64,000 bases of DNA from assembly GCF_009914755.1 (NCBI RefSeq), contig NC_060926.1; one strand, 5' to 3'. The DNA comes from the human T2T-CHM13v2.0 reference genome, Homo sapiens. Positions 1 to 13,388 of this stretch are shown one piece after another. Under the pieces are notes generated by a model, which worked only from the letters and a program-made list of their open reading frames with translations, had not been told where the DNA came from and searched no databases. Both the position numbers and the translations under genes were made by a program. Positions within the stretch are counted from its first letter, which is position 1. The number at the start of each line of letters is the position of its first letter.

Positions 1-1949
1 TGGTCAATTTCTTATGCCTGTAACCATGAACTATGTGAGTTTTCTCTAATCTCTACTTCCAGCTGTGCCATGCGAATCCAACCTGCAAGAAACTGCAGAA
101 CTAATTTTACTAAATACTTGCTTTTACATTGATGTTTCTTTATAAGGATAAACACAAAACTCTTCAGACTTATATTCAAGATACATTATGAATCAATTTT
201 CATTCTGTCTTTTTATGCATTAAATCTTATATATTAATAAAAGTACTGGTAGATTTTTCCAAATGATGACAACTTTCTATATTTCCTGCTGTTTTTGTAA
301 GACTACTTTTGCTTTAGAAGACTTGCTCAACAATACTCAGATACTACAACTATGTAGACCAAAATCAATCCATCACCTAATCCAATAAACCTTTAAAGTT
401 TATGAAGCATTTTTGTATACATATTTTCAAGTGTTCCTCCAAACCCTTTTATAAGGTATGTTGGGTGGGGGTGAATATGAGATTATTTGGAGCAGATTTG
501 ACAGGAAGTAGTATATTAGGAAATGCTGAGGAGGATGAGCCTTTTAGCAAAACACATCGTTTCTCTCCTTTTCCTTCCCACTAGAATTAAAAAAAAAAAA
601 AAAAAAGAAAGCAGGAGCTAACAATCCATAACCTTCCTGGCAACTAAAAGGGTTAAAATTCAGGACAGAAGCTAAAATGAAAGAAGTTGAGGCAAGACTT
701 GTATATAAAGACATCATTTTGTGACTGGCAGAGAGAAAATGACTACAAAGCCCAGACAAATTCCCAGACATGCATAGAAAAAGTTACTGTATTTGTTTAT
801 TTAGAACACTAACATAAACTTGGAAAGAGGAAGAAGCAGTAATCTCCTTAGGCATTACACTGCTATAAAGAGAAAAAAAGTACACTTCCCAAATTAAAGA
901 AAATGTGAAGCAACTCCATTTCTACCTGTAGTGCCAACCCCATGACATCTCAGTTCTTCACAACCTTGGTTTTCAATCTGGAAATAGTTTATTGAGGGTG
1001 AATTTTATGTCACTGTGTTTGAAGGAAAACATAAAAAGACACTGTTGCCCTGCAATGACTTCCTACAAAACTCAAAATACCCTCCTGTCTATGCCTGTCT
1101 TCCACAGAGGCATCCCAGATGACTTCATTGTAAAAACAGCTGCATTTGTATGCTCAGATATATCATTTAAAAATCAGACTGCACCCTTCAGAAAATTTCC
1201 AAGAACAAGAGTTTAACTGGCAAATTTTTATTGATTTTAAGATCCTGGAGTCTGTGATCCAAGTACACATCAAGTGATGCCAAGAAATCAGGAGGAAAAA
1301 TGATGAGTAAGCTGTATGTGATGGGCATGAACAGTTAAAGAGTGAAGCCTGCTCCAGAACGTGAAAATCTGTACTAGAATTACATGGATCTTTGGTAACG
1401 AGGATATGTATAGTAACCACCACACAGTAAACACAAAGGTAATATCTTTAAAATAGTGGTGACGTAATTTTAAGATGATGATGAGGTTAGAAGACGTACT
1501 TCCTGTCCTTCCTCGAGAAGTTAGCCTGGTTTAAGATAAAGGGAGGATTCAGACATCTAATTCCCACTAAAAGGAAAACATACAGGAAAGCTATAGCTCT
1601 TTATTAGTATAATATTTACTAATTTATTAAGTATATCTATTAAGTGGGGCACTATTCCATGCATCAGAGGTATAGAAATGAGCAGATTTGTGCAACAGAA
1701 CTTCAAACACAAATAGAAGTAGAAATAAACAGACATAAAAAACAGACAAAAATAGAAATAAACAATTTGATTCATATAAAGAACAATGTTTATGGTGAAA
1801 GGAATGAACTTGTACTAACTGTGTAACTGCAGAAGGAGAACTTGACAGTACTAGGATTTGAAGTAACTAATAAATGTGGAATAGCTTTAAGAAATAATGT
1901 TGTTCATTGATAAAGAATAAGCACAATACAACTGGGTATTGGATTCTAG

Positions 1950-2560
1950 GTATATTTGTTTTTCCAGTTTGTGGTATCATCTTAGGAGAAGACCAATGTC
2001 ACTCATTTTGATTCTTTTCACAGGTTACTTTTGTGGTTCTGATTTTCCCCTCCTTAAAAGATTTTAATGTTATCCCTTTATCCCTAGTACTCTGAAATTT
2101 CGCAAAAACTTGTCTTAACGTGGGTCTTATTTCTATTACTGTATTTGTTCTATTTTATTTGGAACATTTTTTGTTTCAAGTTCAGGAATTTTGACCATTA
2201 ATTCTGTGAAAATATGATTACTTTCACTTTGTTCAATCTATTAGTTTGATGTTGCAATCAAAATTACTTAATACCCTTTTCTCTCTTGGTTTATATCTTC
2301 TTGACTCTCTCCTCCATTTCTTCACAAATATGATCCATACATATTCACTTTAAATTGTTCTGTTTAATTTTATTGTCTGCTACCATATTTTCACTTTGAA
2401 AACTCTTGTTTTATGGATGTCCTTTTATAGTGTCATGTTTCTATTCCATGGTTTCAACACATTGTCTTATTTCTGTGAAGATACTAATTTTTAAATAATC
2501 TTCTGATCCCTGTACTGTTTCTATTTATTCCATGTTGTCTTGTTTTCTGTTTGTTGCTAT
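1950..2560 (-). mobile_element. Very old LINE-1/HAL1 remnant (ORF1-region like)
   Basis: T-rich tract with 'tttatccctagtactctgaaatttcgcaaaaacttgtcttaacgtgggtcttatt', resembling the antisense of ancient L1M/HAL1; boundaries approximate. Confidence 0.4.
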
Positions 2561-2858
2561 TTCTGTAGACTGGCTAAAAATCTAACCACCCTGGCAATAC
2601 TGACTTCCGGTGAGGATGCCTAGCAGCAGGAACTCATCTATTGTTGGCAAAAAATGCAAAATGGTATAGCCACTTTTGAAGACAGTTTGGGAGTTTCTTA
2701 TACATCAAGATGTAGCCTTACCATAGCACCTCAGAAGTCCTGCTGTTCGGTTTTTTACCCGATTAATTTTAAGATATATGTACACAAATGCCTATGTATG
2801 AATGTTTATAATGGTTTTCTTTATCATTACCAAACACTATAAAAAAACAAGATGCCTT

Positions 2859-3526
2859 TTTATATGCTGGGGATGTTTCTCCTTTCCAAATCTCACGTTG
2901 AAATCTGATTCCAAATGTTGGAGGTGGGGCCTGGTGGGAGGTCATTCCATTAAGGGGATGCACCTCTAATGAATGGTTTAGCACCATCCTCTTACATGAT
3001 AAATGAGTTTTTGCTCAGTTTGTTCACACAAGATCTGGTTGTTTAAAAGTTCGGCACCTCCTCACACCACTCTCTTGCTTTTGTGCTTACCATGTTGACA
3101 TGATAGCTCTCTGTTAACTGCTGTCATGATTGTAAGCTTCCTGAGGCCTCACCAGAGGCAGATGCCATCGTCATGCTTCCTGTAAAGCCCACAGAACCAT
3201 TAGCCAATTAAGTATTTTTTCCTTATAAATTACCTAGCCTCAGGTGTTTCTTTCTTGACTCACTGCAAACTCTGCCTCCCAGGTTAAAGTGATTCTCCTG
3301 CCTCAGCCTCCCGAGTAGGTGGGACTACAGGCGCCAGCCACCACACCCGGCTAATTTTTCATATTTTTAGTAGAGATGGGGTTTCACCGTGTTAGCCAGG
3401 ATGGTCTCGATCTCTTGACCTCATGATCTGCCTACCTTGGCCTCCCAAAGTGCTTGGATTATAGGCGTGAGCCACCATGCCTGGCCCAGGTGTTTCTTTA
3501 TAGCAGTGTAAGAATGGCTTAACACA
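2859..3526 (+). mobile_element. MaLR solo LTR (MSTB/MSTA-like), interrupted by an Alu
   Basis: 'ccaaatctcacgttgaaatctgattccaaatgttggaggtggggcctggtgggagg', 'gcttcctgaggcctcaccagaggcagatgcc', ends 'ttctttatagcagtgtaagaatggcttaacaca'. Confidence 0.85.
3254..3486 (-). mobile_element. Alu (AluSc/Sc8-like), 3'-truncated, no poly-A
   Basis: Alu body in reverse; 13-bp TSD caggtgtttcttt at 3241-3253 and 3487-3499. Confidence 0.92.
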
Positions 3527-3591
3527 TCCTTCAATAGGCAAATGAATAAACAAACTAAGGTATACCCATATAATAAAATACAATTCAGAAT

Positions 3592-3938
3592 TGTTTTAGT
3601 CTATTTTGTGCTGATACAACAAAATACCTGAGACTCAGTAATTTGTAAAGAACTGACATTTCTTTCTGACGTTTTGGTGTCTGGGAAGCCCAAGATCAAG
3701 GTGCTGGCATCTAGTGAGGCCTTCTTGCTGCATCCTTATTTAGGAGAAAGAGAAACTGGAGCCGAAGATCAAGCTAGCAAGCCAGCTGAATGCTTCAAGA
3801 AGCCTATTTTATAGAGCCTTAATCCCATTAATGAGAAAGGAGCCCTCATGACCTAATCATCTTTTAAAGGTCCCACCCCTTAATACCATCATATAGGCAA
3901 CACCTGGATCTTGGAGCAGACACATTCAAACCATAGCA
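3592..3938 (-). mobile_element. MaLR solo LTR (MSTC/MSTD/MLT1A-like)
   Basis: Begins 'tgttttagtctattttgtgctgatacaacaaaatacctgagact', ends 'cacattcaaaccatagca'. Confidence 0.8.
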
Positions 3939-4952
3939 AGCGTTTAAAAGTAATAAGATAAAAAGAAATATTAAGACACAAATGAATCTTACGTGCATAT
4001 TGCTAAGTGAAAAAAGCCAGCCTGAAAAGGCATGCTTCCATTAAATGACATTCTGGAAAGGCCAAGCTATTGAGATGATAAACATGTTAGTGCCTGTCAT
4101 GGATGACACGGGAAGGGATCGAACAGGTAAAGCACAGGACAGTGATGCTAATTTCATATGATACAGTGATAGTGGATACATGATATGTTTATCAAAACGT
4201 ATAGAACTTGACACAAAAAACCTTAATGTGTGCAAATTAAATAAACGTTTAGGATCTTGAGGGATCTCATGATAAAATGGAAAAGGAGACGATGGAACCT
4301 CACTGGATTATATGTGTGAAACAAACTTGCTGTAGGGGTTAAAGAGAAAAGGTAGAAACCTATGTATATTTGGAAATAAGTAGAGTCTCTAAGACTAAAG
4401 GCAAAATAAGCTGACCATAAGCACTGTACTCCCGTTGAAGAAGTCATTTGCACAGCAATATGAGTTAACAATTCTGAAACCACAATACTTGAATAAAAGA
4501 ATTTAATATTTAAGTAAATTGGTGGTGGGTAGTAGAAGCCAAGTTTCTGACTGTTGTGTGTGAAGTTTCACAGAAGAAAGAGGTGAGGGTGGAACAATCC
4601 ATGTGACAATGAATTTGATTTAGAGAAACAAGTATGAACTCCTGTTGTGTTTAACACAGATACACATAGTTTCATATAGAAATATGTATATATGTATATA
4701 TTTATATATAATCTGCATAATATACACACATATATTTCCCTGTCAGCTTACAGGGCCTGGAAGCAACAACACTCTCATTAAAAAGAAGTATACCTAGAGA
4801 CAGATCTTATTTTCAAATACTATTATCTAATAAAAGGAACCAGAAGCACTAAGAGAAATGACTGACTCTAGGTTTGGGGCAGGATATATACAAGATGAAC
4901 AGAAAGCATTTTGTACAGCTAGAAATTAAGAAAGTGTTAAATACACACACAC

Positions 4953-7303
4953 TGTGTTAGTTTGTTTACATACTGTAATATAGAATTATCAGTGACTGGG
5001 TAATTGGTGAAGAGGTTTAATTGACTTACGGTTCAGCAGGCTGTATAGAAAGCATGGCTGGGAGGCCTCAGAAAACTGACAATCATGGCAGAAGACAAAG
5101 GAAAAGCAATCACATCTTAACATGGTAGAGTGGGAGAGACAGAGCAAAGGAGGAAGTGCTACATACTTTTAAACAACCAGATCCTGGGAGAACTCAATGA
5201 CACAAGAACAGCAAGGAAAAAATCTGCCCCTATGATCCAATCACCTACCACCAGGTCCCTTCCCCAACACTGGAAACTACAATTCAGTATGAGATTTGCA
5301 TGGGGACACAGAGCCAAATTATATCATTCAGCACCTGGTGCCTCCCAAATCTCATTTTCTTCTCACATTTCAAAATAAAATCATGCCTTCCCAACAGTCA
5401 CCCAAAGTCTTAACTGATTGTAGCATTAACTCAAAAGTCCAAGTCCAAAGTCTCATCTAAGACAAGGCAAGTCTCTTTCACCTATGAGCCTGTAAAATCA
5501 ATAACAAGTTAGTTATTTCCAAGATACAACAGGGATACAGGCATTGGGTAAATGTTCCCATTCCAAATGGGAAAAATTGTCCAAAAAAAAGCAGCTACAA
5601 ACCCCATGCAAGCCTGAAACCCAGCAGGGAAGTCATTAAATATCAAAGGTCCAAAATAATCTCGTTTGACTCCATGTCTGACATCCAGGTCACACTGGTG
5701 CAAGGGGTATGATCCCAAGGCTTTGGGTAGCTCTGCTCCTGTGGCTCTGCAGGGTACAGCCCCCAAAGCTGCTTTCACAGTCTCTCATTGAGTGCCTGTG
5801 GCTTTTCCAGGCACATGATGGAAGCTGTTGGTGGATCTACAATTTTGGGGTCTGAAGGCCAGTGGCCCTCTTCTCACAGCTCCACTAGGTAGTGCCCCAG
5901 TGTAAACTCTGTGTGGGGGTTCCAACCCCACATTTCTCTTGTGCACTGCCCTAGTAGAGGTTTTCCATGAGGGCTCCACCCCTGAAGTAGATTTCTGCCT
6001 GTACATCCAGGCATTTCCATACATTCTTTAAAATCTAGGTGGAGGCTCCCAAGCATCAACTCTTGCCCTCTGCGCACCCACAGGCTCAACACCACATGGA
6101 AGCTTCCAGGGCGTGGTGCTTGCACCCTCTGAAGTGATGGTCCAAGTTGTACCTTTGCACCTTTCAGCCACAGCTGGAGCTGGAGAGGCTATGATGAAGG
6201 CTGCCATGTCCTGAGGCTGCACAGAATAGCAAGGCCCTGGGCTGTTCCATGAAACCATTTTTTCCTCCTAGTTCTCCAGGTCTATGATGGGATGGGCTAC
6301 CCTGAAAGTCTTTGAAATGTCTTGGAGGCATTTCCTTCATTGTCTTGGCTATTAACATTTGGCTCTGCTTACGCAAATTTCTGCAGCTGGCTTAAATTCT
6401 TACCTAGAAAATGAGTTTTTCTTTACAACCACATGGTCAGGCTGCAAATTCTCCAAACTTTTATGCTCTGCTTCCCTTTAAAATATAAGTTGTAGTTTCA
6501 GATATTTCTTTGTTCATGCAAATTAGCATGTGCTATTAGAAGCAGACAGGTCACATCTTGAATGCTTTGCTGCTTAGAAATTTCTTCTGTGAGATACCCT
6601 AAATTATCTCTCGCAAGTTTAAAGTTCCACAGATCTCTAGAGCAGGGGCACAATGTTGCCAGTCTCTTTGCTGAAGCATAGCAAGAGTGATCTTTGCTCT
6701 ACTTCCCAATAAGTTCCTTATTTTCATCTGAGACCACCTCAGCCTAGACTTTACTGTTCATATCACTATCAGCATTTTGGTCACGGCCACTCAACAAGTC
6801 TCTAGGAAGTTTCAAACTTTCCCTCATCTTTCTATCTTCTTCTGAGCCCTCCAAAGTCTTCCAAATTCTGCCCATTACCTAATTCCAAATTCACTTCCAC
6901 ATTTTCAGGTATCTTTATAGCAAAGCTCTACTCCCAGTACCAATTTTCTGTATTAGGTTGTTCTCACACCGCCATCAAGCACTACTTGAGACTGGGTAAT
7001 TTATGAAGAGAAGTTTAATTGACTCACAGTTCTTCTTACAATACAGGAAGCATGGCTAGGAAGCCTCAGGAAACTTACAAAAGTATATCTTACCATGGCA
7101 AAGCAGGAGACAGACAGCACAAAGGGGGAAGTGCTACACACTTTTAAACAATCAGATCTTATAAGAACTCTCTATCATGAGAACAGCAAGGGGGAAATCT
7201 GTCCTCATGATCCAATCAACTCCCATCTGGTACCTCCCCCAACATTGGGAATTACAATTCAACATGAGATTTTGGTGGGGACACAGAGCCAAATCATATT
7301 TCA
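4953..7303 (-). mobile_element. Complete MaLR element (THE1D/MSTA-type): LTR 4953-5326, internal 5327-6948, LTR 6949-7303
   Basis: Two homologous LTRs ending 'ggggacacagagccaaa..atat(t)ca' flank a ~1.6 kb THE1/MST internal region ('cccaaagtcttaact', 'gagaccacctcagcct'). Confidence 0.9.
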
Positions 7304-7317
7304 CACACACACACATG

Positions 7318-7351
<34 letters not shown>

Positions 7352-7357
7352 CACACA
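7302..7357. repeat. Imperfect (CA)n microsatellite
   Basis: cacacacacacacatgcacacac...; matches the short acacacac tract on the other side of the MaLR (4943-4952). Confidence 0.95.
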
Positions 7358-8089
7358 ATGAAGGGGGCATGCCAAAGAAACACAAGAATTATTATTCAGG
7401 AGTCCATACTGATATAATATTTGACTAAATATAGAGAGGGTAAACAAATCTCTCATGCAGAAGAATTCTAGATAATTTATCTAGATTTCATTTTCAAGGA
7501 AGTAAAGCATAACTCCTTCCTTAAATATGCACTGTACCATAGTGACTTTCTTCTAAACAATGCATGGAAAAAAAGAGGAAAAGAGTAACTTTGCCATGAA
7601 GAAACCAGACAAATACTATCTGTGATCAAGGTTCACTTCAACAGTGACAAGTCTTGATAATATGAACCCTTGGAATGATGAAAATGATGTTTCACTTTTA
7701 TATTTTTCCTTCTGTAAACACATACCCCAGTTTAATCATGAGAAACATGTCAGACAGGACACATATGAGGGACATTCTATAATACAAAGAAAGTCTGACA
7801 AATTATCATGGCCAAGAGTAGCCTAAGGAAACCTCATATCTAAATGTACAAAATGACATCTTGGATGGAATTTTAAAATAGAAAAAAAGTAGATTAGGTA
7901 AAAAGTTAGGAATCTTAATAAAGTATAGACTTTAGTTAATAATAATGTATCAATATTGGTTTCTCAATTGTGACAAAAGTGTTAGGTCAATGTAAGAAGG
8001 TAGTAATAAGGGAAAGTCTGGGTATATGGGAGGTCTTTGTACTGCATCATTTTTCCATAAATTAAAACTATTCTTAAATGTTTCTTTAA

Positions 8090-8560
8090 AGATACTACAT
8101 GACAATATTAATTCTCACTTATACAATTTTTAAAAACTAAAACATTTGACTACTCACTCTTTTAGAGAAGCTATGTTGAAATAGGCACAAACCTGTACAT
8201 CCCCTCAGGAGGTGAATTTAGCAATATCTAACTAAAACTACATAGGTTTTTTTACTCTTTGATCCCCCAAGCCTGCTTCTAAGAATTCACTCTGAGACAT
8301 GTTTCCAGTAATACAAAAATAGTTTCCCAGAAAGTTTTATGTAGCATCATTTGTAATGGCAATTATTGGGAAGAAAAAAACTATTAGCCCATACATAAGA
8401 TAATGTTTGAATAAATAATGGTACAGCTCATATAGTAGAGTACTATGAATCTGTGAGAATGAATGAAGATCTCTATGAAATAGAGTGAAAAGAGCATAGT
8501 CCATATATATATGTAATACACTACAACTCAAGGAAATAAGGAAATGAACATTTTAAAATC
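8090..8560 (+). mobile_element. Old L1 (L1MD/L1ME-like) 3' fragment
   Basis: 'ctttgatcccccaagcctgcttctaagaatt', 'gcatcatttgtaatggcaa', 'gaataaataatggtaca' motifs. Confidence 0.55.
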
Positions 8561-9019
8561 AGTATCTATTTGTCCTTCCCTTGTGTTGCTGTTTTCCCAG
8601 ATTCCTTAGAATGGGGGAAAGTATCTGGTTTTATATACCTACTCTTCATAGAAACTTTCAAATATCCCTTCTGATTTTCATTTAAATCTGAACTATGCTC
8701 GTATGCACCTAGTGTTTCTGAGAATTGCAACAGAAATAACCAGCTTCTTGTGGTTTTTCTCCTTGTAAGTTTCATAACAGTTTTCTGAGATGTGTCAAGT
8801 CAGTTATTGCTCATTTAATTGATTTTTTGAAATTGTTAAACCCTATCTGTGTCATTTTTATACCTGTTATTTTTCCTTACCTGTTATGGTCATTTAATGT
8901 CATTTTAGAAGAAAAGGGATATATTTATATAATCAATAGAAAAGATCTGCCCACCTCTTATATCATTTCAAGCAAGATTTCAATATAATAATGATGTATG
9001 TTAAAAAGTATCTCACTTC

Positions 9020-9375
9020 AGTTGCTGCCGATAGAAATACTTAGAAGGATTTAATCTTAGCAGAGATATCAGAAGGAGGCGATTCAATAGTGGAAATAAA
9101 TGAAGATAGCTGTTGAACAGGGTATTGTTAAAAAGTGAGATAGGGAAAATGGGGTTATTTGGGAACTATTTTGAAGGTACGTTATTGCACTTATTGATTG
9201 TATCTAGGGGATAATGAAAACGAAGGAACAAATACAACTCTTAATTTTCCAGTGTAAATAATGATTGAAGTTTCTTTCCTGAGAAGATGACTGGTAAATG
9301 AATATATTTGTGGGACTGAGTGTTAGAGGGAGTAGTATTTCAAGAACTACATTTTACATGTATTACATCCAAGTC
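9020..9375 (-). mobile_element. L2 fragment
   Basis: Degenerate 'attttgaaggta...gattgtatctagggga...aaatacaactcttaattttc' L2 core. Confidence 0.45.
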
Positions 9376-12099
9376 CTGACTGATGAAATCATTTGCAGTA
9401 TTATCAAAACAAGGCATCATAGCTAGATAGATACAACTAATTGATATCTACTCTAAGTTGTTCCGGTTCTTAGTTTAAAAACAAAATAAGATGTGCAGTC
9501 TTCTCAAACTGATTGGACAAAAAGATAACCTTTGGTCAAATAGCAGGTTAAAATAGACTTAAAAAAAGCTTAGCGGAATAATTTTCCGGGATGCCAGTTC
9601 AACAACTGGAATGCTGTTAATGAAATTATATGGCAGTTGTACCATCAGGGAAGTTATAAAGCTGAAAATTGGAAATAATTTTGGAGGAGACAAAAAAAAA
9701 ATCTTTGGCTGCATACGTTTGCTCATAGCCTAAATTATTAATGAAAAACTTAATACTATAATAGGTGAGTGCCTACACAATATTCAGACTTTTTTAAAGC
9801 TGATCAATTAAAAATACAAATAATTTCATTAACACATTGAATGTTGAGTATGCAAATCTAAATTGCTGATGATATTCCTAATGATATAATGATTAATGTA
9901 TTCATTATGCATACATATACCATTCAAAGCTCTCTTGTGCTGAGTGGCAGCAGCTAGAAAAGGTACAAGTTTGCCTGAATTTCTACACAGGGATTTCTTC
10001 ACAATTACACTCAGGTTGCTGATGATTCCTAAGTCTATATGTGGGTACAAGTGTTCTATAAAAACAAAACCATTTTTTCTTCTCTTCAGTGCTTGGTTGA
10101 TTAAGTTAAGACAAATTTTTCCACCAGGAGCAGTTTCAGCAGTTCAAAAGAATTGATGTTATCTCTAGGACACATTTACCTTTTTATAATAATTATATAT
10201 GTCTAGTTTACTCCAGTAAATGAATTAACTGACTATATACTGAGCTAGATGTGGCTCAGAGTTGAGTAACATACACTACCTATCTTCAAAGAGACCCTTC
10301 AGTCATCAAATTTCATTGCAATTAGCCTCCAAAATCTAGTGAAATGGAATTTTGTCAGAGAAAGAAGGCAGGCAAAGAAAGGCATTTTGCACCAGCAGCT
10401 AACAGTTAACTCCCTCAGCTTTTACCAGTTAGTCTATATACTTCTTTCATGGAGGGGAAATGCTGGGTGTGAAAATAATCATATTTTCTGAAAACAATCC
10501 TCCAATACACACACTCGCCCTCCACCCAATCATTTGCCCCCTAGGTCTCCTTAGTGAGGTAGTGGGAGAAACAATTGGTGCATCATGTAAAGTTGTGAGT
10601 GCTCATTGATGACAGCCAACGAGAATGGATTTTCTGTGGAAATTCTGATTGCGATTGTAGCAATAAGCAGATATTGAGCACAGCAATTTTTCACGAAAGT
10701 ATGGTGCCAATTTTTGACACACTGTCCTCCAAAAAGTCTATACCACTTTTATTTTTAAGTTCCAATTGAATGCTCTAAGGATGACACCAAAAACTGAGGT
10801 GCAATTCTTCATTGAATTCCCTGGCTTTCACTGGGCTTAGGGAACTAAAGTCATATTTGTATGCCAAAAAGAAGAAAGAAGTCCAAAGGAGCAAACTGAA
10901 GAGTGCCCTCCTATTTGGAAATATTTGTTCAATTATTCATTTTTAACAAGCCTCAAATACAGACATGCAAACCAGACAAAACATGCCAGATGACTGTGTC
11001 TGTGGTAAATAATGTAATAAATGTCAGTCTCTACAGTTTTACCCACAATTTCATGTTTGTATTTTATTTCCCCTTCTAGCAAAAATGACAAAGTTAAAAG
11101 GAAATATGTATTGTGTGTCATCAGTGGTAATATATAAGAGCAGAAGTGCCTTACCATACATCAGCTCCAACATTACAAGGCAGAGGCAGAACCATTTCAT
11201 TGAGAGTAACGTGTTTTCATTTCAGGTGGTGAAATCAACTCCAATTACTCATCTCTGGACTTAACTGCTTCCCATTACTGAAGCCAACACTTGAAAGATG
11301 GTTAGGATTCTCTAATCAGGTAATTAGAGGTGATGGCTCCTATTAACATAATCACGACTTCTGCAGAAATGGGTCTTCTCTCTGCTTGTTTGCACTGTTA
11401 GAATGTCTTTAATGGAACTGTGGGAGGGGAGGGTAGAAACCTCGCCATTAAGCAACAAGATTTGGAGATGGAACTGCTCATGATTTGGTCCCCTGGTTTA
11501 TCAGCCTGTATTCCATCATCTATGAAATAATAGCCTTCTTAATGTCCATTTCATAGCCAGTTAGTATGTGAGATCTATGTATTCTCGGGTATTTCCTACT
11601 TAACCATTGAGTCTAGAAAACAGGAAGAATCGAATTGCTAAGATATAACAGAACACCTCATTTCTTTGCTGTTTATGGGCGTATCTAGGCTTATAATGTG
11701 GCAAAAGTCACAACAAGAGGATGGTGGAATGACCTAAGACAAAAGTAATATTTGCCTCTCACAATTAATACCAGCTCTTAAGATTTTGCTGGAAAAAATA
11801 CTATTTATTTAACTGATTTTTTCTCCCAATAGTTCATAATGAATGCATAACAAGTAGGTAAAGTTAATCCTAGAAGCAATAAATAGAAGCTTAACCTGTT
11901 TCTTTCTTTCACCTGGTTAAAGGATAGACCCCAAACACATCAGTCCAGTCATACAAGGGACATTAACACTCAGGTCCCAGTACAGAAATGAGGTTCCAGA
12001 ACTGTGAAGAGAATGAAATTAATCGAGAACTTAATTATGTAGGCAACACATTGCTTCTAAATGAACTTAACATTATTGCCAAACTCCTGGTCTATAAAT

Positions 12100-12360
12100 T
12101 GAAACATCACTTGTGAAATGTTTGCTTTATGCTTAATCATTTGGAGTCCCACAGACCAAAGACAAAGTCCATCAAGAACTCATTTGCAGTCAAAAAAAAA
12201 ACAAAGAAAAACATTAGGCTTGTTTATTTTGCTTCACTCTGGAAGAGAAAATGAAACCTGGGGAAGTACAGAATATCTAAGTAAGGGAGATCTGGGAAAG
12301 AAATCTCACCAGGTCTGAGCCATGTTGGGTAATTCTTAAAAGGTAATAGGGAAGTGAACA
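12100..12360. mobile_element. Possible old LTR fragment interrupted by the L1PB (appears to continue at ~18500-18720)
   Basis: LTR-like composition on both sides of the L1 TSD; family not recognised. Confidence 0.3.
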
Positions 12361-12744
12361 ACAATTCTTTTTTGTTTTAACTTTTATTTCAATAACTTTT
12401 GGGGTACAAGTGTTTTCTGGTTAACGGATGAATTATATAACAGTGAATTCTGAGATTTTAGTGCACCCATCACCTGAGTAGTGTATATTGTACCTAATGT
12501 GTAATTTTTTTTATCCCTAGTCCCCCTGCTACTCTCCCCATTCTGATTCTCTAAGGTCCATTATATCACTCTGTATGACTTGGTGTAGTCATAGCTTAGC
12601 TCCATTTATAAGTGAGAACATACAGTTTTCAGTTTTCCACTCCTGAATCACTTCACTTGGAATAATGGCTTCTAGCTCCATCCAAGTTGCTGCAAAAGAC
12701 ATTATTTCATTCCATTTTATGGCTGAGTAGTATTCCATATGATA

Positions 12745-12930
12745 TGAATTAGTCCGTTCTCACACTACTATAAAGACATACCTGAGACTGGGTAATTTAT
12801 AAAGGAAAGAGGTTTAAATGATTCACAGTTTTGCATAGCTTGGGGATGGGGGTGCCTCAGGAAACTTACAATCATGGTGGAAGGTGAAAGAGAAGCAAAG
12901 AAACATTTTAGACGGCAACAGGTGAGAGAG
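12745..12930 (-). mobile_element. THE1C/D LTR half, inserted in the L1PB and truncated
   Basis: 'tgaattagtccgttctcacactactataaagacatacctgagactgggtaatttataaaggaaagagg'; stops abruptly at 12930. Confidence 0.85.
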
Positions 12931-13388
12931 ACCCAAAGCAAATGCAACATAAACAAAAATAAATAAATAGTGCTTAAACTAAAAAGCATCGGCACAGCAA
13001 AATAAATAATAATCAAAGTAAACAACAAGCCATGGAATAGGAGGAAACATTTGCGAAGGACGCATCTAACAAAGGACTAGTATCCAGCATCTACAAGGAA
13101 CTCAAACAAATCAGCAAGATAAAACAAATAATCCTATCAAAAAAGTGGACAAAGGACATGAGTAGACATTTCTCAAAAGAAAATATACAAATGTCCAACA
13201 AACATGTATTTAAAAAAGCTCAACATTACTAATTATCAGGGAAATGAAAATTAAAACCACAATGAGGTACCACCTTACTCCTTCAAAAATGGCCATTAAT
13301 AAAACATCAAAAAACTATAGAAGTTGGTGTGGATGTGGGGAAAAGAAAATGCTTATACCCCGCTGGTGGGAATGTAAATTAGTAGAAC
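12931..13388 (+). mobile_element. Inverted L1 ORF2 segment within the L1PB
   Basis: Sense-strand ORF2 'acccaaagcaaatgcaac...ggtgggaatgtaaattagtagaac' embedded in a minus-strand L1. Confidence 0.88.

Larger units (their letters stand above)
2565..8088 (+). mobile_element. L1MC-type LINE-1 3' end, split by three MaLR insertions (pieces ~2565-2858, 3527-3591, 3939-4952, 7358-8088)
   Basis: ORF2 C-terminal motifs ('ggtgaggatgc..cagcaggaactc', 'aatgcaaaatggtatagccacttttgaagacagtttgg'); the sequence resumes after each insertion (e.g. aagatg|..|tccttcaatagg); long L1MC-like 3'UTR. Confidence 0.75.
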
